A stretch of DNA of 64,000 bases from the human T2T-CHM13v2.0 reference genome, Homo sapiens: assembly GCF_009914755.1 (NCBI RefSeq), contig NC_060931.1; one strand, 5' to 3'. This document shows positions 61,104 through 64,000 of this stretch, piece by piece. Made by a program: the position numbers and the translations under genes. The first letter of the stretch is position 1. The number at the start of each line of letters is the position of its first letter. Under the pieces are notes generated by a model. That model was given only the letters and a program-made list of their open reading frames with translations, was not told the origin of the DNA and searched no databases.

Positions 61104-61520
61104 CAGACTACAAAGTGTTTCCAAGACAAGCCCATTGGCTGTGACATTAAATAAATAATCTATTCCTTAATTCACTCAATCTTTCATCTGTTAATTCAAG
61201 AATATTTTTTCTCTGCATTGAGAGTGCTAGATTATATGATTGATACAATACTTAGCTTTATTTAGTATAACAATGTGTTTTAGATTTTGATAAAACTAGC
61301 TAATGCATAGTTTCTAAAGATCAGTTGATCTATCCTGGAGATAAGGTCTGAGAGGAAATCTAAGATGTAGTGAAAATGTCTTAAAAGATGAGTAGGATTT
61401 AGAGGATAAAGTATGAAGAATTGCAGACAGAAGGAAGACCATGAACAAAAGCATAGAAACATTAAGGAAACTTGGATGCATTCAGGAAGCCACAACTTGT
61501 TCTGTAACACTGGAGTGAAG

Positions 61521-61522
<2 letters not shown>

Positions 61523-61562
<40 letters not shown>
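61523..61562. repeat. (GT)20 microsatellite
   Basis: Directly counted. Confidence 0.98.
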
Positions 61563-61568
<6 letters not shown>

Positions 61569-64000
61569 AAGTGGATGCCTCTAGAAAGATAGTATAGGTC
61601 CAATAATGAGGCCTTCAAATAATATCCTAAGGAATTTGATTTAACTTTTGAGAATTATAGCCATTGAAAGGTTAAAACAGTGGAGCTACAGGATTATATG
61701 CTGATTTTAGAAAAAGTCTCTGAATGCATTTCTGAAGAACAGATGAGAGAAGAACAAAACTTCAGGCAAGGAGAATAGTTGGGAAGATGTTGTCAGAGAA
61801 AGCAACAAGATGATATGAAAAGAGATGCTCTAAAATGCTCCCCAGATTTCTGTATCTGAGAAGGGCAGGTTGCCTATAAGAAGAGAAGGAAACATAGGGT
61901 GAGATAAAGGACCAACACAGTAGAACAAAGAGTGTGTTCCAAGATGATTGCTGAATTCTGTTTTGTACACACTAAATGTGAGAGACTTGGGGATATTGTG
62001 GAATATCTAGTTTGAGATTTCAAACTTACTAGAAGTTTGAATTAGAATTTGGAGGTAGGTGGTAGGATTTAGGTTTTTACAACATGTCAGAATAAGTGGT
62101 GGAATGCATGAAATGAAATGAGACTAGGAGAAAGCTAAGGATGGGCACCAGAGAAAAAATGACTCACACAGGGACCTGAAGGCAGTGACTCAAAAGGCAA
62201 GGCAAAGCAAAACCTGGAAGCCTCCTAAAGGCGGAGAAAAGAGCCAAGTGTTACAAAAAGGCTTTGTCCCTAGATCCCAAACAAGTCATCCTAGAATTGA
62301 AATTTCTGTAAGTGCTAGATGCATTTTTATCATAGCATGCCTTCTCCACGCAGAGGAGAAATTGCCTCTTATGTTCTGAAGTATCTGGTGCATGGCAAGA
62401 AGGTTCCTTCCATTTTTCCTTGGTGTAGCCTGCCTGCCTGTGTTGACACTGGCTGTAGTCAGTCTTTAGGCCCTGTTGTGATCCTTCCTGTTCCACTGGT
62501 TTCTATTCACCCACTGATGAGCCTTGGCCAGCTACACTTTTGCTTTGACTGTTCCAAACTTTGTCCAGACCCTATTCACTCTTGTTTATTATGGAATGCC
62601 AACAGACATGAGTCTATCACTTACATATTTCTATTGAATTGCTTCTGTGGCTCACTTTTTAGGTGCCAGATTACTTATTTTGTCCTAGATTTCTATTTTC
62701 ACATTTGCCACAAGTGATTTTTTGATCAAGCAGTTTCGGGAAATATTGGCCCAAATAAGTGATTCTTAAACTATGTTGTTCTTAAAAACTACCTGAGGGC
62801 TATTATTAATATATCCGAACTCAAAGGAGTCTAATTAAGCGGATAGTCCTTGAGAAATAGGCTATAAACCCTGCTCTTTACCTTGCCATCAAAAGACTTT
62901 TAAGCTTTAGTCTCAGCTTTCACTAGTCTCATCCCCTGGCATACTTCCCTTAATCACCCACTCACAATCAGTGAGGTCAATGAATCACCTACAGTAGAAT
63001 TATGTGAGATAGATTCCTGAACTTCACCCAAGGGCTACATCTGAAACTCAGGAATTTCTATTTTAAAATAAAACCCCAAGTAATTTGAATGTTAAAGAGC
63101 CCAGCCCAGAACTCCAGTTCAAAACATGGAGTGGTGGTGGCATTCACACAGGTTAAAGATGAATTAAAATCATCTTGTAAGTTTGATCGGAACGAGTGTA
63201 CCTCCAGATTTCTGTTGTCTTTGGAGTTGGGGATTAGGGTACATAGTTTAAGAAAGTTTTCCAGAAGAATCTAAAAATCCTAGATTTTCTCTGTTTCTCT
63301 CTCTTTCTTCTTTCTGCCTGCCCGGCCCCATTATCCAACTGAAATTGTCCATCAAATTTATATCTTCAGGTCATATATCAACTCATCTATAAAAATGTCT
63401 ACATATTCACATTCGAGCAAGATTAACTGCTCTCATAACTGTACTCAAATACTTATTAGATATTTATAATACAAAATTTCCTACACTGAATTATAATCGA
63501 TGGCCTCTGTGTCTTTCTTGTCTACTTAACTGAATTCAAGAGAAGGTGCTGTCTTCTTTATCTTTGTTACGTCCAGAGCATGCTCGATAAATTATATTAA
63601 AGTAATTAAGAATTGCATGTTTTATAAACACAATAAAACAATTCCCTCAGTAAAAGTAATAGAGAAGTAAGGCAAGTTCCAGTTTTGCAATGTTGACACC
63701 CTTGTCTTCAGCAAACTCTGTGTGGCTAGACGCAAAGCAGTTCTATCCATGTGTTCTTAAATTTCTCACTATGAATATCGGTGTAGTCATCATCATCTCC
63801 TTTAAAGGTGTCATCTCCACTATGGGAAACTTTATGATGGATTCCAATTTTATTTTCCTTTAAACTCAAAGGGCGTTATTAAAGGATAATGGCAGATTGT
63901 TTTCACATATTAAACGCCCATTCCTGCAAAAAGATTGTATATCCCCACTCACTTCAACTCAAACATAGCTATGTGACATGCTATGGCCAATCACTATGAA

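Overview
Primate (almost certainly human) AT-rich, CpG-depleted, non-coding genomic DNA (intergenic or deep intronic). I see no intact protein-coding gene, rRNA, tRNA or CpG island. The window is mostly interspersed repeats: 21 Alus (including a young AluYa5-lineage copy at 1153), LTRs (four MLT2A, two THE1A, MSTA/THE1D, several MLT1, LTR47-like, LTR33-like and an ERV1-class LTR), L1 and L2 fragments, MIRs and DNA-transposon relics (MER2, MER5A, MER58A, Charlie1). The only gene-derived feature is a processed RPL26 pseudogene (about 53813-54564), frameshifted and split by an antisense L1PA7-like insertion. Almost all ORFs in the track are repeat-derived or chance. The most interesting unexplained signals are a ~208-bp imperfect palindrome (55112-55319), several short perfect hairpins (best: 18-bp stem at 15290-15331), a cluster of MLT2A/THE1/MST LTRs with DUX4-type motifs, and a few motif-dense candidate regulatory patches. 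I found no convincing new biological system; the findings are testable hypotheses. Subfamily calls come from recalled consensus features, not a database search.
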